Source of the DNA: Nageia nagi
Lineage: Eukaryota; Plantae; Pinophyta
Length of the DNA stretch: 64,000 bases
Assembly (NCBI GenBank): GCA_050084985.1
Contig: JBITNC010000002.1
Span: 36,642,001 to 36,706,000, forward strand
Reading direction: 5' to 3'
Translations under genes and position numbers: made by a program
Notes under the pieces: generated by a model
Seen by the model: the letters and a program-made list of their open reading frames with translations, nothing else
What the model was told of the DNA's origin: nothing
Databases searched by the model: none
Shown: piece after piece, positions 39,780 through 53,228 of the stretch
How positions within the stretch are numbered: position 1 is the first letter of the stretch
How the letters are laid out: each line of letters opens with the position of its first letter

Positions 39780-41256
39780 TTAATTTAGGGACTACCCATG
39801 ATAAATAGGGATGTCCTCACTCACCAACCCTTTTCAGTACTTAAATATACAAACTTGAGGACTTTCTTTGACTAGACACTCACATTGATGATGGTTGCAT
39901 GTTGCATCATGTCATGATCGTTAGACTACTTTTTGTAGATGATGTGACCCTATTCTCTCACATCCTTTAAGGCCTTCAAAGATAGATGCACTTGCTCACT
40001 TCTATGAGATTAGATGATTAGAAGTTAACCTTAGCAAGACTAAGGTCAATTATACTTCTCAATATTCTCTCTCCAAGTTTCAGTTCTCCTATAAAGGGGA
40101 GTGGGTCGATTTCACAACTATTTATACTTATTCAAGGGTCCAATTTTCTAGTCCATCCCTCAATTTGAAATTAGCCTCACAATCATGTCTTTGCAAGGGA
40201 TATACTTCACTCTTCATCCTTTAAAATCAATGTTCTTAGATACACTTCCATAATGTGTCTTCAATGAAATCATTTAACCCACAATTCTTTATAAATCGAA
40301 GTTCTTAAACCCCAATTCAAGGTATGTCAAGTGGGCATGTATTGAGGGGTGCAAACTATTATGCTTCACTGCATGATCCGCTACAAATGAACAATTCCTC
40401 AATGCATTGTTTAGAGATAATTTGCTTCTATGCCACTTTGCCTTGAGAGTATATTTAGGCTCACCTTCTTTCTTCATAGACTCAAATCGCTAGGCAACTT
40501 TGCTTCAAGTCGTGAGAGGTACCCATATCTACCATTGTGATCTTTAGAGAGGATTGCTTCTTTAGGTCTCATTGGGCATAGATGATCACTTCTAAGCATT
40601 TCCTACAAATTATTGATTGCATCATCATTGAGTGAGACTATCTTCAGCACCATTGGTCACATGGTTTGAGGGTTCCCCTCGATCAACTAAGAATCTACTC
40701 CCACCAATGGGTTGAGATCAACCACTATATCCCTCACAGTGATACGACTTATCTTTTCTCTCTCTAGGAAGTGGAGAATGAAGAGCACTTCATTTTTAGA
40801 TGTCCTATCTATTATGAGATTCAAGGGACGCCACTAATTTTACGAAGAACCTAGATGTTCCTTATCCACATTCTTTCACCCTCATCATCCAAGAGACTAT
40901 TATCTTCAAACATAAATATCTACAGAAGTCCCCTATGTATAACTTGCAACCACCAAGTTGATTAGCTCCTTTTTCCAGTCCATCCCTGACATTGGAGGCA
41001 TTAACATCCCTTAAATAGCACCAGTACACATGCTAGCAAGGACAAGTCAATGTGACAACACCTACCTTCACGCATCGTTATTAGTGAACCTCAATACTCT
41101 CATCTCCACTCTAGATGTCGTCAAATCTGCCTCTGCTTGATGTCATGGACCATCTAGTTCCTCTTGCTCGACACCCCAGTTAGGGAGACAAATGCACATC
41201 ATCAACTTCCTTTCTACTATAGGTGATCCATTTGGCTTGGATGTTAGGAGGGACTC
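39780..41256 (-). mobile_element. Highly degraded retroelement (gag-like) remnant, partly duplicated at about 49590-50540
   Basis: Shared blocks gagactattatcttcaaa, acatgctagcaaggacaagt, catctccactctagat and cttggatgttaggaggg; weak gag-like translation. Confidence 0.4.
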
Positions 41257-41771
41257 TAAAGTTTATCACCCAAAACTAGAAGTACCAAAGTGCAACGCTT
41301 TGTGATGTTAACAAAGCTCTATAGTGTTTGCGGAGCACTTTTGAAGAGCACCAAAGATTTTGTAGACCAATGTTTGGAGAATGTTTTTGAGGGGCCAAAC
41401 ATACTGAGAAATTCACAAATTTTATATTTGTTGGGAAGCTTATTTTTGAGATCTTTCCAACAGTATGAAGAATGCCGAAGACGGAGCTATAAATCAAAAG
41501 TTATAGGCTTTGCAAGATGACTATTTTTAATTCAAAACAAACTCAGAACTTTTACAAGGCTTTCTCAACATTCTTCTCTCATACTCTTACAACTATGATA
41601 AAAAATTATACACTTATAACAATTAAATAAGTTATACAACTCTTCAAATCACTTTCTTGGAAGTTTAACAATCATGCTAACTATTCAATGGCCGCATAAA
41701 CTTTTGGTCTTCTTCAAACCCATGGGATAACTCTTGATTTTCCCTTTATTGGTCAGCATCAATCATCAACA
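41257..41771. mobile_element. Probable solo LTR (515 bp)
   Basis: Absent from the paralogous segment at about 50370; ends ...CAACA; TSD GACTC/GGCTC. Confidence 0.55.
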
Positions 41772-41800
41772 GGCTCTAGGGAGGCCCAGCCTAATCTTCA

Positions 41801-44251
41801 TGTTGTGCCTGCACAACACACCCAAAAATTTCAAAATTTTGGGGACCCAATTTTTGCCAAAAACAATGGAAAAAATCGTTTTGAGAGTGACAAGCAGGGA
41901 GTTTTAAGGGTCTTAAAGGAAATTGGAGACTTTAGAAGAGGCATGAAAAGTCCAAATTCAAATAAAATCCCCTTTAAAAATCCAAGTTTTCCCAAAGTCC
42001 CATGTTTTTTAAGCTTGAAATTTCAAAAATTTTTAAAAAAGGTGCAATTAGAGGAAGAGTCACATGATTTTTGAGTTTTAAAGTCGCATGATTTTTGGGT
42101 TTGAAAGTTGTATGATTTGAGTATGAAAAGTCACATGATTTTTGAGTTTAAAAATGCCAAAATCCAAAAAGATGTGAACAAAAGGGAAGATTTCACATGT
42201 TTTTCAAGTTTAGAAACTCCAAAGTAGAAAATGATGTAACCCAGAAGGGAAGATTTCGCAGGTTTTTCAAGATTAGAAACTCCAAAGTCAAAAATGATGT
42301 GACCCGGAAGGAAGATTTTACATTTTTTCAAGTTTTGGAACTCCAAAATAAAAAAAGATGTGACCCAGAGGGAAGATTTCGCATGTTTTCAGTTTAGAAA
42401 CTCCAAAATCTCAAAAGGTGTGAACTTGTCAAGCCCTTCCTTTCTGTCACACATTTTCCAAGATCAAGTTTTCCATATTCCTTAAACATGCAAATTTTGC
42501 CTACTTTTGTTCTTTTCCAGTCACACCTTTTCCAAGGTCAGCATCCCCATATTTCATGAAAGTGTGAATTCTGTTAAGTTTGTCTTCCTTAGTCGCACTG
42601 TTAAGGTTGTCTTCCTTAGTCACATGTTTTTCAAGTTCAGGATCTCTATATTTGTTGAGGATGCAAATTTGCCAAGTTTATTCCCTTTTAATCTCCCAAT
42701 CCCTGAAAGTCATTCAAAATTCTAGAGCAATCTTCCTCCTTGCCTGAAATTAGCCAAACTCTTTCAAGCTAACCTTTTTATTTACTGAAACAGGTAAACT
42801 TGCTGATCTAAAATGAGTCTTCCAAAGCCAATCAGATAAAACAATTGGCAAGGTTGATGAAAGAGAACAGAATACGAGCAAGAAAAGCAAGGACGAATTC
42901 CTCCAAAATGAAGGTTCTCAAAAGTATGAAAACAAGACAAAAATATGATCATAGGGAAAGTTTGAAAATTTGATAGATGGATTTGTCAATATTCCAGGCC
43001 GGAGACTCACAAGAAGCTATCAAGTGAAGGAAATATCCAATGCTAGGGAGGACTCCTTAATAGTTCTCCATTGTGACTAAAAGGGCTCAACATTGGGTTA
43101 AACAAGGTTGTGCTTTGGTGAAAGGAGATTCAAAGGAAAGATTATTATTCTTAGCAAGGTGCAAAGATCGAATGAAATAGATTCTAGAATCTGTTTCAAA
43201 AACTATTTTTTTATAAGACTTTGATATTTACTTAGCTTATTGACTTGTGAAGATGAGTTTTTGCTCCCACAAGGTCAAATGACATTTCGTTTTAATTTCC
43301 GTTTCATTTCACATACATTAGGGCAACACTAAGAGTTAGGTGGGCATTTATTGTTGACTAAATAGTAACTTTTATGCTATAAATACCCCAAGAGGGATCA
43401 TTTTGAAGGAGGATGAATTAATTTTTCTCAAGAGCAAACTTTTGCACATTGAGAACTCTTTTTCTTGTTGAATTGACCAACTTTAAGAATCAAATAGACA
43501 CTTCATTTTATGGAATTGTGGATCTGAATTCTTGAATTTGATATCTCCTTGCAGTGATTCTTATGCTTGAGTGCATTTTCTTTTAAAATCTAGAGTTTTA
43601 AGAAAAATGGGTTGTATATTTTTCGAAGCATTGGAATTGTTTCTTGATCGATATCTTCCATACTTCACATGTTAGGTAAATATAATCTGAATGTAACTTT
43701 CTTCTATGACATTTGGTTAGAAACATCTATTCAAACTGCATATTGCTTCCATCTTTCCTATTCTTATCCATATTTGATCGAATTGCTCTGTGCTCCTGTT
43801 TGCTTATAATTTGGTCAATATCATTTATGGCAAACTAGATGAATGGATAGTGTTTCTTAATAAATTTGGAAGATAAGTGAATTAGACACTGAATTACTTG
43901 TGAAGTGTGATCTATTGTGAGCATAGCATGCCTACCTTAATTCATCCTCTACTCTCTTTTCTTTCAAGCTTTTCTTATTTTCTTTTTATCTTTTTCAAGA
44001 ACCAATTGCAACTTTGACCATTGTGAAAACACTCTAGAGGCCGTATTATGTGGGTGATTGCTATCATCCCTCCTTGACTGACCTATTCCACGATTTTATC
44101 CATTAGCTAGGCACGTTTGAAGATACAAACCTTGGGGTATCAATCTTTTCAAGTGGAGACAAGTAACGTTGTCTCACCCAAATGTTGTGATGCTTTCCCA
44201 ATCCGCCATCTTCCAATGACTCCCGTAAAAGGAAAGATTTCCATCCCAACT
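41801..44251 (+). mobile_element. Large solo-LTR-like element with internal minisatellites
   Basis: Starts TGTTGTGCC and ends GAAAGATTTCCATCCCAAC, like elements 44504-49588 and about 56833-60089. The paralogous segment at about 50400 is an empty site. Confidence 0.6.
42056..42425. repeat. Tandem arrays: about 21 bp x4, then about 61 bp x4
   Basis: aaagtc.catgattttt units, then aaactccaaa...gatgtgaccc..a.ggaagattt...tttttcaag units. Confidence 0.85.
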
Positions 44252-46750
44252 CTGATCAATCTTGTGTGGATGTGATCATATCTATCATTGGCCCTTTAAT
44301 AGTTATGGATGATGACATTGTCAATTCCACCATCCCAAGCATGCAACAGCACTACACAAGCCAAATTACAAGAAATGGAAAGCACTTCATTTTCTAGTGC
44401 CCCATCTATTACAAGATTCGGAGGAGGTACCACTTCTTTTATAGGGAATTTGAAGGTTTGTTATCCACATTTTTTCGCTATCCCAATCAAATATGCTTGG
44501 CCCTGTTGTGCCACACCCCAAAATACAAGATTTTGGGGACCCTATTTTTGCAAAGACAATGAGATGCATTGCCTAGAGATTGGCTTTGGGCGATGGATAG
44601 TGGATTCTAAGCAATGTAAAGATGATATTAGGGAGTGATGCATGGAGATTATCTATCGAAGACCTTGAAATAATTCAAAGCATCCAATCACCAATTTTGG
44701 AGCCAATGAGATAGGATTAGAACAACTTCACAAGAGAATAGAATTTTGGGGTTTTAAATAGAACCAATGGAGATGGGATCGTTTTTTTAGAGTTTGAAAG
44801 AGTTGGAATCAGAAGACATAGGCCACTAAAGGACCCCATTTTAGACAAGTTTAGGCTTGGAAATTTTGGATTTCGACCAAGTCTGCTCACTCTCCCGATT
44901 AAGCACAAGTTCCCAAGGTTTGATGTCATCAAAGGCTAGAAATTAGCACCTAAGGAAAAGAGGGTGCATTTTGGATCGAATTTTGAGGATGCCAAGCTAT
45001 GAAGGGTCAAATTCCAAGCAAGATAGGTCTTGGAACTTTTCGAAATGGATCAAAATTGCACCAAGGAGAGTTAGGCACATATTTTTGGGCTTTGAGGCCA
45101 CCAAAGAGGAAACAATGGCGCCTAGGCTCAAAGTGATCATTTTTGACAAAAATTTAGACTCAATTCCGATGACATGGCAAGGTAAAGGAGGCAAAATGAG
45201 GCAAGTTTGCACATGGAATTTTTGAAAAAGTTCAAATTTTTTATGCCTAGACCCAATTGCACTAAAAAATGATGAAATTTTGACTTATCGAAATTTGAAG
45301 AGATGGGTATTGTGGGGAATGCAAAATTGAACAAGTTTGCTCTTGGAGGTTTCTAAAATGGAACAAAAACACTCCTCCCAAAGTTAGGAGCAGGTTTTTA
45401 AGGTTTGGTGTCATCAAACCTCAATTTTTAGCGCCTATCATGAGAATACCTCCATTTCATCAAAATTTTGGAAGATTTTTTGAGAGCATGATGAGGTGGA
45501 AGGTGCAAAAATACACAAGATTGCCTTTTACACTTACCAAAAGGACCAAAATTGCATCCCCAAATCCTAGGTGAATGATTTCAAGGTTTGATGCCACCAA
45601 AAGGCAAAAATATGCACCTAGGGGTGAAATCCACTTGTTTTGGTCAAAATTTCACAATATTTCATGAGGGTATACCCATTTGGATTTTGCACCAGTTGGT
45701 CCAAGAAACATCAAAAAAGACAAAAAATGCATAATCTAGAGCTAGGCGCAGATTTTTGGGCTTTGATGCCATCAAACATGAAAAATTGGCACCTAGGATG
45801 GAGAAAAACCAATCTAGCATGCAAAATGCACCTTTGGAGTGGTCAATTGAGGCTACAAAACATGCAAAATGCCATTTCAGCACCAAACTTGAGCACTTGA
45901 GCACCAAAACTTGAGCATTTGAGCACCAAACATGAGCTTTTTGACAAAACTTGTGCACCACACTTGGTCATTAAAGCCAATTTTTCTTCAAAGTGTTCAA
46001 AATCCCAAATTTTGATCCCATGCTCCAAAATTGCTCAAATCAATCCCAAATACCTTCAAGATCCATCACCAATCCATCCATGGCCATATAAGATCCATCT
46101 GGGCACTTTTCAAAAAATTTATAAAATCCGCCCCCCATCATTTTCCAAATTTTAGACCAAAAAATTAAAATCCATTTTTTTAAGAAATCCTTGTTAAATC
46201 ACTCAAAAGTTTGCCAAGATCACTCAAACCAAGATGGAATCTACATTTCAACAAAAAGGGTACTCAAAGATGATGAAGGAGATCTAGAAAAGGCTCAAGA
46301 TCTGCAAGATCCTTTGTAAAAGGATCAATTTTCAATGTAAATGGACCAAATTGGTTAAAAGGATAAATGTATTCTCCTGCCACTTCAAATGTAATTTTGT
46401 TTGCATTTCAATTTTATTAGGTTAGAATTAGGGCAATGTCCAAAAGTTGGCCTCAAAAAGTCTAGAAATAGACCATAGGGGGTCTCCTTTTGAGCTAGAA
46501 TGTATTGTTCCCATTTTTATGGCATTTTACCCATTTGCCACTGGAAAATGGGAACACTTAGTTTAGGAGTATTTTATTTTATTTTGGCATTTTTATGGTA
46601 ATTTAGCCCTTTAATTGTAAGTTCCACTTGGAGATTAATTAATTACTCGAATTATGGGTCGTTGGACCTATTTTAGTGATATAGACGTGATTTTATATTT
46701 TTAATATGCCAATAATTGTGTAATTAGAATACCAAGGCAATTATTAATTG

Positions 46751-47433
46751 TGTAATGTCCCAAAATTCTTTGTATTTCATTTTCATTGCAATTTCTAGAT
46801 CTAGGAGTACTTTACACTTTTGGCATTTATCAAAAGAAAAAAAAAAAATGTAAAGAATTGTATTTGGAATCATTATCCATGTTCAAGTCGGCAAAACCAC
46901 TTGGAAATCTAGTTTTCTCTTCCAAGGCTGGTCGGCTGGCTTTTATGGAGACATTTAGTGGCTATTTAAGCAAAAACATTTCTCATTTTCAAGAGATCAT
47001 CCAATCAAATTCTGATATCTGCTTTTCTTGAGTTAGGGATGTGCCCTTCTCATCCTTCTTTGGCCTAGGGATGCGCCCAACAGCCTTAGAAGTGGCATTT
47101 TGAAGAATTCGTGAGGAGACTCATATTTTGGATGCCCTAAATATTGTTACAGGAATGTTACAGAATTGTTACAGAAATAACAGTCTTATTACTTGCGTAT
47201 TGAAGATTTGATCTCATATACTCATTGTTCTTGTTATCAACTCTTGAATGAATGATTCTATGGTCTCTTTCATGCGATTTAATTCCTATATTACTGCTGT
47301 TATAAGATCAGAATTCTGTCATCATTATTAAGTAATAAAAGTGCTGTTACAGTTGGAGTTTAAAGTCAAAGATAGCATGTAACAGATCTAGTTTTTATGC
47401 CCAAAAATCTTGAGTAATAATTGGGATATTTCA
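46751..47433. mobile_element. Solo LTR C (683 bp) nested in solo LTR B
   Basis: TGTAATGTCCC...GGGATATTTCA; perfect TSD AATTG; the empty site is visible in copy A at about 26130. Confidence 0.88.
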
Positions 47434-47926
47434 AATTGTAAATGCAATATTAGTCACCTAATTTGGGATGTTGCATATGTAAAGCCTTGATGATTGTAAT
47501 ATTGGCAGTTAATGGACCTCTTTAGTAATATTGCTCCCCTTCTAAGGTAGAGCATGATACCAAGGTAATTTCATCCACTACGAAGCATTGGAAGACTCCA
47601 CACTTGGACGTTGGGTTTGAGGAGAGGATTGAACCATTAAGATATGAAATTGGGCATCTTAAGACACCCACGTCTCCCTTGGAGGCTCTTAGCTCGATGA
47701 TAATGATACTTAGGCACATGGAGGACTCCCATAACCCAACGTTGGCATTCCTGGCCCTTGGATGTGATTGCTCCCATCTTGAGGCACCTCAATCTCGGAC
47801 GTGGGATATGAGAGCACACAGATCACCCCTAGACACCGTTGGATGAGATTACATCAATCCCAACGCATGATTGAAGAAGCTATCTCTCACTATATAAGGA
47901 GGATTCCTAGAAGATAATATCATTCA

Positions 47927-47964
<38 letters not shown>

Positions 47965-47965
47965 T
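47927..47965. repeat. (ATC/ATT)n microsatellite
   Basis: atcattatcattatcattattattattattattattatt. Confidence 0.9.
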
Positions 47966-49817
47966 CCTTGGTTTGAGCATTGCTCTTCCTGGATTCCATT
48001 CTTCGGAGTGAAGTACTTGTAGCAGGGCACAATACAAGACTTACGTGGGGGCACATTTGGGGGTTGGCGCAAACCAAGTTGTCAACTAGCTATTCAGGGG
48101 GGTATTGGTATTACCCTGTAGAACACTACTAGTGGATCTCTGAGATTCCACCACAGCTATTGAAGGAGGAAGCCCTGGTGCAAACCTTGTCACAATGCGG
48201 ATCTGAGCCCTAGAGCATCAGTCTTCGTTGCATTATCTTTGTAATTGAGGTTCACTACATTACTATTTGAATACAATTGCATTTGGCCTTTATTTTGTTA
48301 TATTCTTGTCATTTGTCTCATCTTTCTTGGACGTTGGATCTAGAGTGAATTATTGTGTTAATTGTATGTGATTTGGCTTTCCTTGTTCCTACATTGGGTT
48401 TGTATGAGCATTTACTTGTTTCTTGAGATCTAGCCTTCATAGCCAAACGTTGGGGTTGTTGGAGTTGTTTGACCCCTCTAGAGTGTGACGTTGGCATTCT
48501 TGCATGATTTCTTGTTTGTTGGCTTAGCTCGTGGAATATTTCTTGGTGTGATGTTGGCTCCTAGGGAGCACTTTGCCCCAAATTTGAAGCTCATAGTGTA
48601 ACGTCCCTCTCCTAAGGACAATTTGGTAATTCTGATTATTATTTTATTGCTGGAAATTAAGGATCTGCACAGGATCCGAGTGAGCCCAATTTAGGCTTAT
48701 CACATAGAATGTTCAAGTGTAAGAAAAGGCCAAATTTTGTGAAAATCGAATTTTTTTTGTAATTGAAAAGCAAATTGATATACATATGCATAACTCTTTT
48801 ATGAACCTAATACAAGTGGCTAAAAATTGATTCAAAGTTGTTTTGTCCTCAATCGGAGTTGTGGGTTGACCCTTAAGAGCTTTTTGTCGAGATTCGAATA
48901 GTTTTGTGCCTTCTCTTTGAAAACTCACAAATTTTAAGAGAATTTATTAGAAATATTTCTAAAGTGTTTGAATCCTCCCAATAATCCATTGCTTTCATGT
49001 TAAATGTTTTGTATTCTAAATTGCCTTTCTTTTATGATATCTGATTAGACTTCTTGTTCAAAACCAATCCGTCTGTGTGACCCACGATAAGTTCTTTATA
49101 GTCAGCTCTACTTTCTGTTCTTCTTTGGAACAATTTGGACAATAGTCATTCGTTTCAAAGTTTGATGAATTGAACAAGACTTCTTGACTAATCTGGAAGA
49201 AAGAAAATTTAGATAATGTTGCATTGTGATAATCGTCTTTGAAATCTAGCCAAGTATCACCTCATTCTCACCCTTTTTTCTTTTCTTTATTTTTCATTTT
49301 TCTATAAAATCCATAGCAACTTTCGAACGTTGCGTGATAAACACCTCATTCTCTATAAAAACATGAGTTAACAATTACCACCTCTATTAAACCACTCAGT
49401 TGATTCCCATAACAAGAGCTACACAATCCAAGCTTGTATTAACAAAACAAGCTTCCGTAAGAAACTTTGGGATATCAATCCTTACAAGAGGAGATAAGTT
49501 ACGCTATCTCACCTAAAGTTGGGTTGCTTTTTCGGTTGATAGCCTCATGGCTAGTCTCACATACGAGGAAAGATTTCCATCCCAAGCAGCTCTCTTCATC
49601 AGAGAGACTATTATCTTCAAATGTATAGCTATGCCAAAGTCCCCTAGAGAGAACCATAGGGCCACCAAGTTGAGCAGCTCCTGTTTCCAAACCATCCTTG
49701 ACGTTGGAAGCACAAAAATGCCCCTATATAGCGCCACTCTACATGCTAGCAAGGACAAGTTGGTCTGACAACGCCTACCTTCACATGTTGTTATCGGTGT
49801 TCCTCAATACTTTCATC

Positions 49818-50276
49818 CCTGCTTTGAAAATCCGCAAGTAATCGGCGAGTACTTGTGAGTAATCGCGATTCTAAGCAAAACGAGTAATCAGAGGTCATTA
49901 CTCAGCCCTGCTGGTTTTTGGAGGTTACTAAAGATTACTCGGCGGTTACTCAGCAGTTACTCGGCAATTACTCAGCTACTATCAAGATAGAGCTAAATAA
50001 CATGAAAAAAAAAATAGTAAACATCAAAATATGCCTTTTAACTATCTAATTGTGTCTCATTCTTCTCATTCCATTGTGTTAGCTCAGTTTTTCACTCTAT
50101 AGATCAGTTTGTGAAAGATTTGAAGTTTGAGTATCAATTTGAAGAGCTTCACCGTTGATTTGTAATTTTTTTCATATTTTAAAATGTTCGAGATTTTTTT
50201 TGCTGAGTTTTGGTGTTGAGTACTATCTAAATTTTTCCTGGCCGAGTAGTTCTCGAGTCCGAGTTTTCCAAGCTTG
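49818..50276. mobile_element. hAT-type MITE (459 bp)
   Basis: Perfect 8-bp TSD CTTTCATC; imperfect TIRs CCTGCTTTGAAAA / TTTTCCAAGCTTG; subterminal GAGTA/TACTC repeats; empty site at about 41095. Confidence 0.85.
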
Positions 50277-51239
50277 CTTTCATCTCCACTCTAGATCGGT
50301 TAGGGAGACATGTGCACAACATCAGCTTCATTTCTACTACAGGTGATCTATCGGTCTTGGATGTTAGGAGGGGCTCTAGGGAGGCCCAGCCTAATCTTCC
50401 CAAGTCGTATATATGTGATCATGTCAGTTCCATTGCCCTGTGCATGTGACAGCACTGCACAAGCCCCTATTGATGTTATCAAATTTATCACTGACCCTTC
50501 TCTAATGATAGATTCTGGTTTTTGTAGTGTCAGTCCCTAGTGTTCTTAACCCTAGACCTTTTCTTTATAGCTGAATGTACTTTTTGAGTCCCATTAATCT
50601 ATTTTGGTCACCCGTGGATATTAATATATTTTCTTTCTTTCTTTCTACCAGAGCTTTACTGTGTTTATACTATCAGGATGAAAGCAGATTGTGCGACATT
50701 TTTACTGCCCACTTCTCAGATTTTATGCTATTCTTGTTAGTATCCTTGAGCTTTATGCAGTAATATAATATATGTCCTACTCATCTTTAGTTCACGGATC
50801 TGAATTTATGATATTGAGAATTTTAGATTTCTTTGACGTTGTTAGTATGAGAAGTAATGTTACTATATGCAATAAACCACTTGGTGTTTGGACAAGTGCT
50901 CCAACCATTGTCAAACAAATCTTAACGTATATTTCTAGATAAGAAAAAAGAAAGTAATAATCTTTTTGTCATTTTAGTTAGTGTTGATATTTGTATAAAT
51001 TTTAGCTACCTTGAAGCTAATTACATGGTCTTAATTTGAGATATGAGAATTCACATATTAAATGCCCCCATGAAAAGGATAAACTTTCAACGTTTCTCCA
51101 GTGTATATAGAGGAAGAATTGACACTCAATTAAACACTAAATAATGTAAACCCCAGCAGACTTGATAAAGACAATTAACATAATATACCAACTCGGATGC
51201 AAACGATGTAGAGTAGAATAAGAATCCAGAAACACCTAC

Positions 51240-51362
51240 CTTCTCTGGTTGTTCTTTTAACCAGGACACTGTGGCATTTATGTCTTCAACAACCCATTTT
51301 CGCACCTCTGAGGTATTAAAGTGCAGTTTCTCACTGCTCTTTGCATCCATATTTTTTGTGTT
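51240..51362 (-). CDS. XRCC1: XRCC1 exon, plant C-terminal region
   Basis: ttcag|AAC...AAG|gtaggt. FNTSEVRKWVVEDINATVSWLKEQPEK matches the plant XRCC1 pattern VKKWAxDDLxxTISWLExQxEK. Confidence 0.9.
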
Positions 51363-52723
51363 CTGAACAAGACAGAAATTCAAATATCATAAAACATTAA
51401 TTCAGTTGATATATGATGTATGAAACTCAAATAAACTAGGACAAAATGATGACAAGCATCATTAGGTTATTCAAAATAGCAGTTTGATAAGGATTATTTT
51501 AAATACAGTATCTAAATAAAGTAAATTTAACTTCACGTATAAAAGCTCCATCCATTGTAGATGCAACTAAAGAAGTTAATGGATATGAAAGAGCTATTGG
51601 ACATGTAATTATATCTTTCATATAATGGCTTTAATATGGTCACAATCCACATTGGACATGTAGCGTACCCTGCATCATATGTGTATAAATACAAGAATAA
51701 CAAAGCCTATATTTAGGGCGATATGGAAAAAGCAGATTATAAAGAAAGAATTTTGCTTTTTTGACAACACAATTTATCTTAGCTGAAATATCTAAAATAC
51801 ACAAATCTTAAAAGCACCATGATATATCAAACTCAAGTCATTTATCTTGAATTTCTCATGTATCACTCAAAGATACTAGATAGACATATACCTAATACTT
51901 GAAGCCTCAGCATTTTTGAGATATGTAAATCTAGGATAGGAAGACTACCAATATTGATCACACTAGCGGATCTAACATTTTCACTCCAAATCAGCCAACA
52001 AATAATAACATATGTCATGTACTGATACTACTCTAATTATACGCTTGTAGAACACTAGGCAATCGATTTATAGACCCTACTCTGCGTTGATTTTTGTATG
52101 TGACTTTTGCCTGTCAGCTAAAATATTGACAGACCCCATTCTTGTACTAAGTTTTTCTTCAAAAGAGAAAAAAAAAAAACTAACTTCTACTCTATGGGAT
52201 CATATTGCATAACTAGAGAAAGAAGAAAATATAGTAATTATTTTGATATCAAAAGGAGTACATCTGCATTAAACACAATGCTCACTTGATTAACATCCTA
52301 AAAACAGTAATGAAAATTCATCTCTAATATAAGCAACATTTAACAAACTACTAGCATATAATTCTATGATTTGTATAAAAGAGTATGACCATTTCACTAT
52401 TTAAGATAAGCAAAAGGCCAATCAGAACATGGGATTGGCTTGAAGAAACTTGAAACTTGGGAACTTCCAACAAAAAAAACATAGCATTTTATGTAGAAAA
52501 ACACTAAGAAATCTAGGATATACTGAAAAGGTACCAGCAAATCCTCGATTATAAGTAGCTTTGACATTGAAGAACAAATAATAGGTGATAATCATTGTGA
52601 TAAAAAATGTAACATATATCATTATCCTATATTATTGATCCAATCATAAAAATAAGTTATCTTGCCAATATCATGTCCTAAATTTCTGGTCCAACAGTTC
52701 AACAAACATGGAGAGGTACTCAC

Positions 52724-52854
52724 ATTGTTTCTAACACTGACAGTTCTTCCACCCAAATGCATTTTTTTTTTCGGCTGCTCCAATTCTCTTTCTGCTTGTT
52801 CCAATTCTCTTTGTGTTTGCTCCAATTCTTTTCCTCTTTGATTTGATTGTTTTC
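52724..52854 (-). CDS. XRCC1: XRCC1 exon, linker with ELEQ heptad repeats
   Basis: taccag|GA...AAT|gtgagt, 131 nt; its phases join the two flanking exons in frame. Confidence 0.75.
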
Positions 52855-53113
52855 CTGGTATTAGATCATGAATAACAAATAAAAGTAAACTGTAAAATTT
52901 GCAAAAATTGATTGGAGGAACAGAATTTGGACTGCAAGTATAACTAACAGGAACATTTTTTGAGATAAATGAAACATTAGGAAAGAATACTCCATCCGCA
53001 AATCAATTACACTATTCAAACTCAATTTCTTTTAATAGTACAAACAGATGTTTTAAGAACCATACATGTATCTTTCTCAATAAAAAAATGTGTTTATGAG
53101 ATGGTATTATTAC

Positions 53114-53228
53114 CACTCACAGGACTGATATTTGAGGTTTGCAACTTCCTCCATGGCTTCCCCGCATGCATAAGATAATGATCAATATCCACAAGCTTCT
53201 TTTGCTTATAACATTCAGTGATCCAGTC
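53114..53228 (-). CDS. XRCC1: XRCC1 exon, end of BRCT domain
   Basis: Not in the ORF track; read manually as ttttag|GACTGG, giving DWITECYKQKKLVDIDHYLMHAGKPWRK..., which matches plant XRCC1. The donor at 53113 gives phase 1, fitting the next exon. Confidence 0.9.

Larger units (their letters stand above)
46501..48704. mobile_element. Solo LTR B nested in 44504-49588
   Basis: TGTATTGTTCCC...TATCACA; perfect TSD TAGAA. Confidence 0.85.
44504..49588 (+). mobile_element. Large solo-LTR-like element hosting nested solo LTRs; same family as about 56833-60089
   Basis: TGTTGTGCC start; shared blocks such as aatccttacaagaggagataagttacgctatctcacctaa and tagaccatagg; degenerate internal tgatg.catcaaa...gcacctag repeats. 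Confidence 0.7.
9550..51239 (-). other. 41.7-kb GT-AG intron of XRCC1 filled with nested TEs
   Basis: Phase-0 donor after ...QPEK and acceptor before PEPSE join consecutive conserved XRCC1 sequence. Confidence 0.85.

Noticed and set aside
42056-42425. 21-bp and 61-bp repeats as a CRISPR array or coding repeat
   Set aside because: Degenerate minisatellites within an LTR; the overlapping ORFs are by-products.
53121-53228. Shorter exon using the GTGAGT donor at 53120
   Set aside because: It gives phase 0, which is out of frame with the next exon; it would work only if 52724-52854 were skipped.
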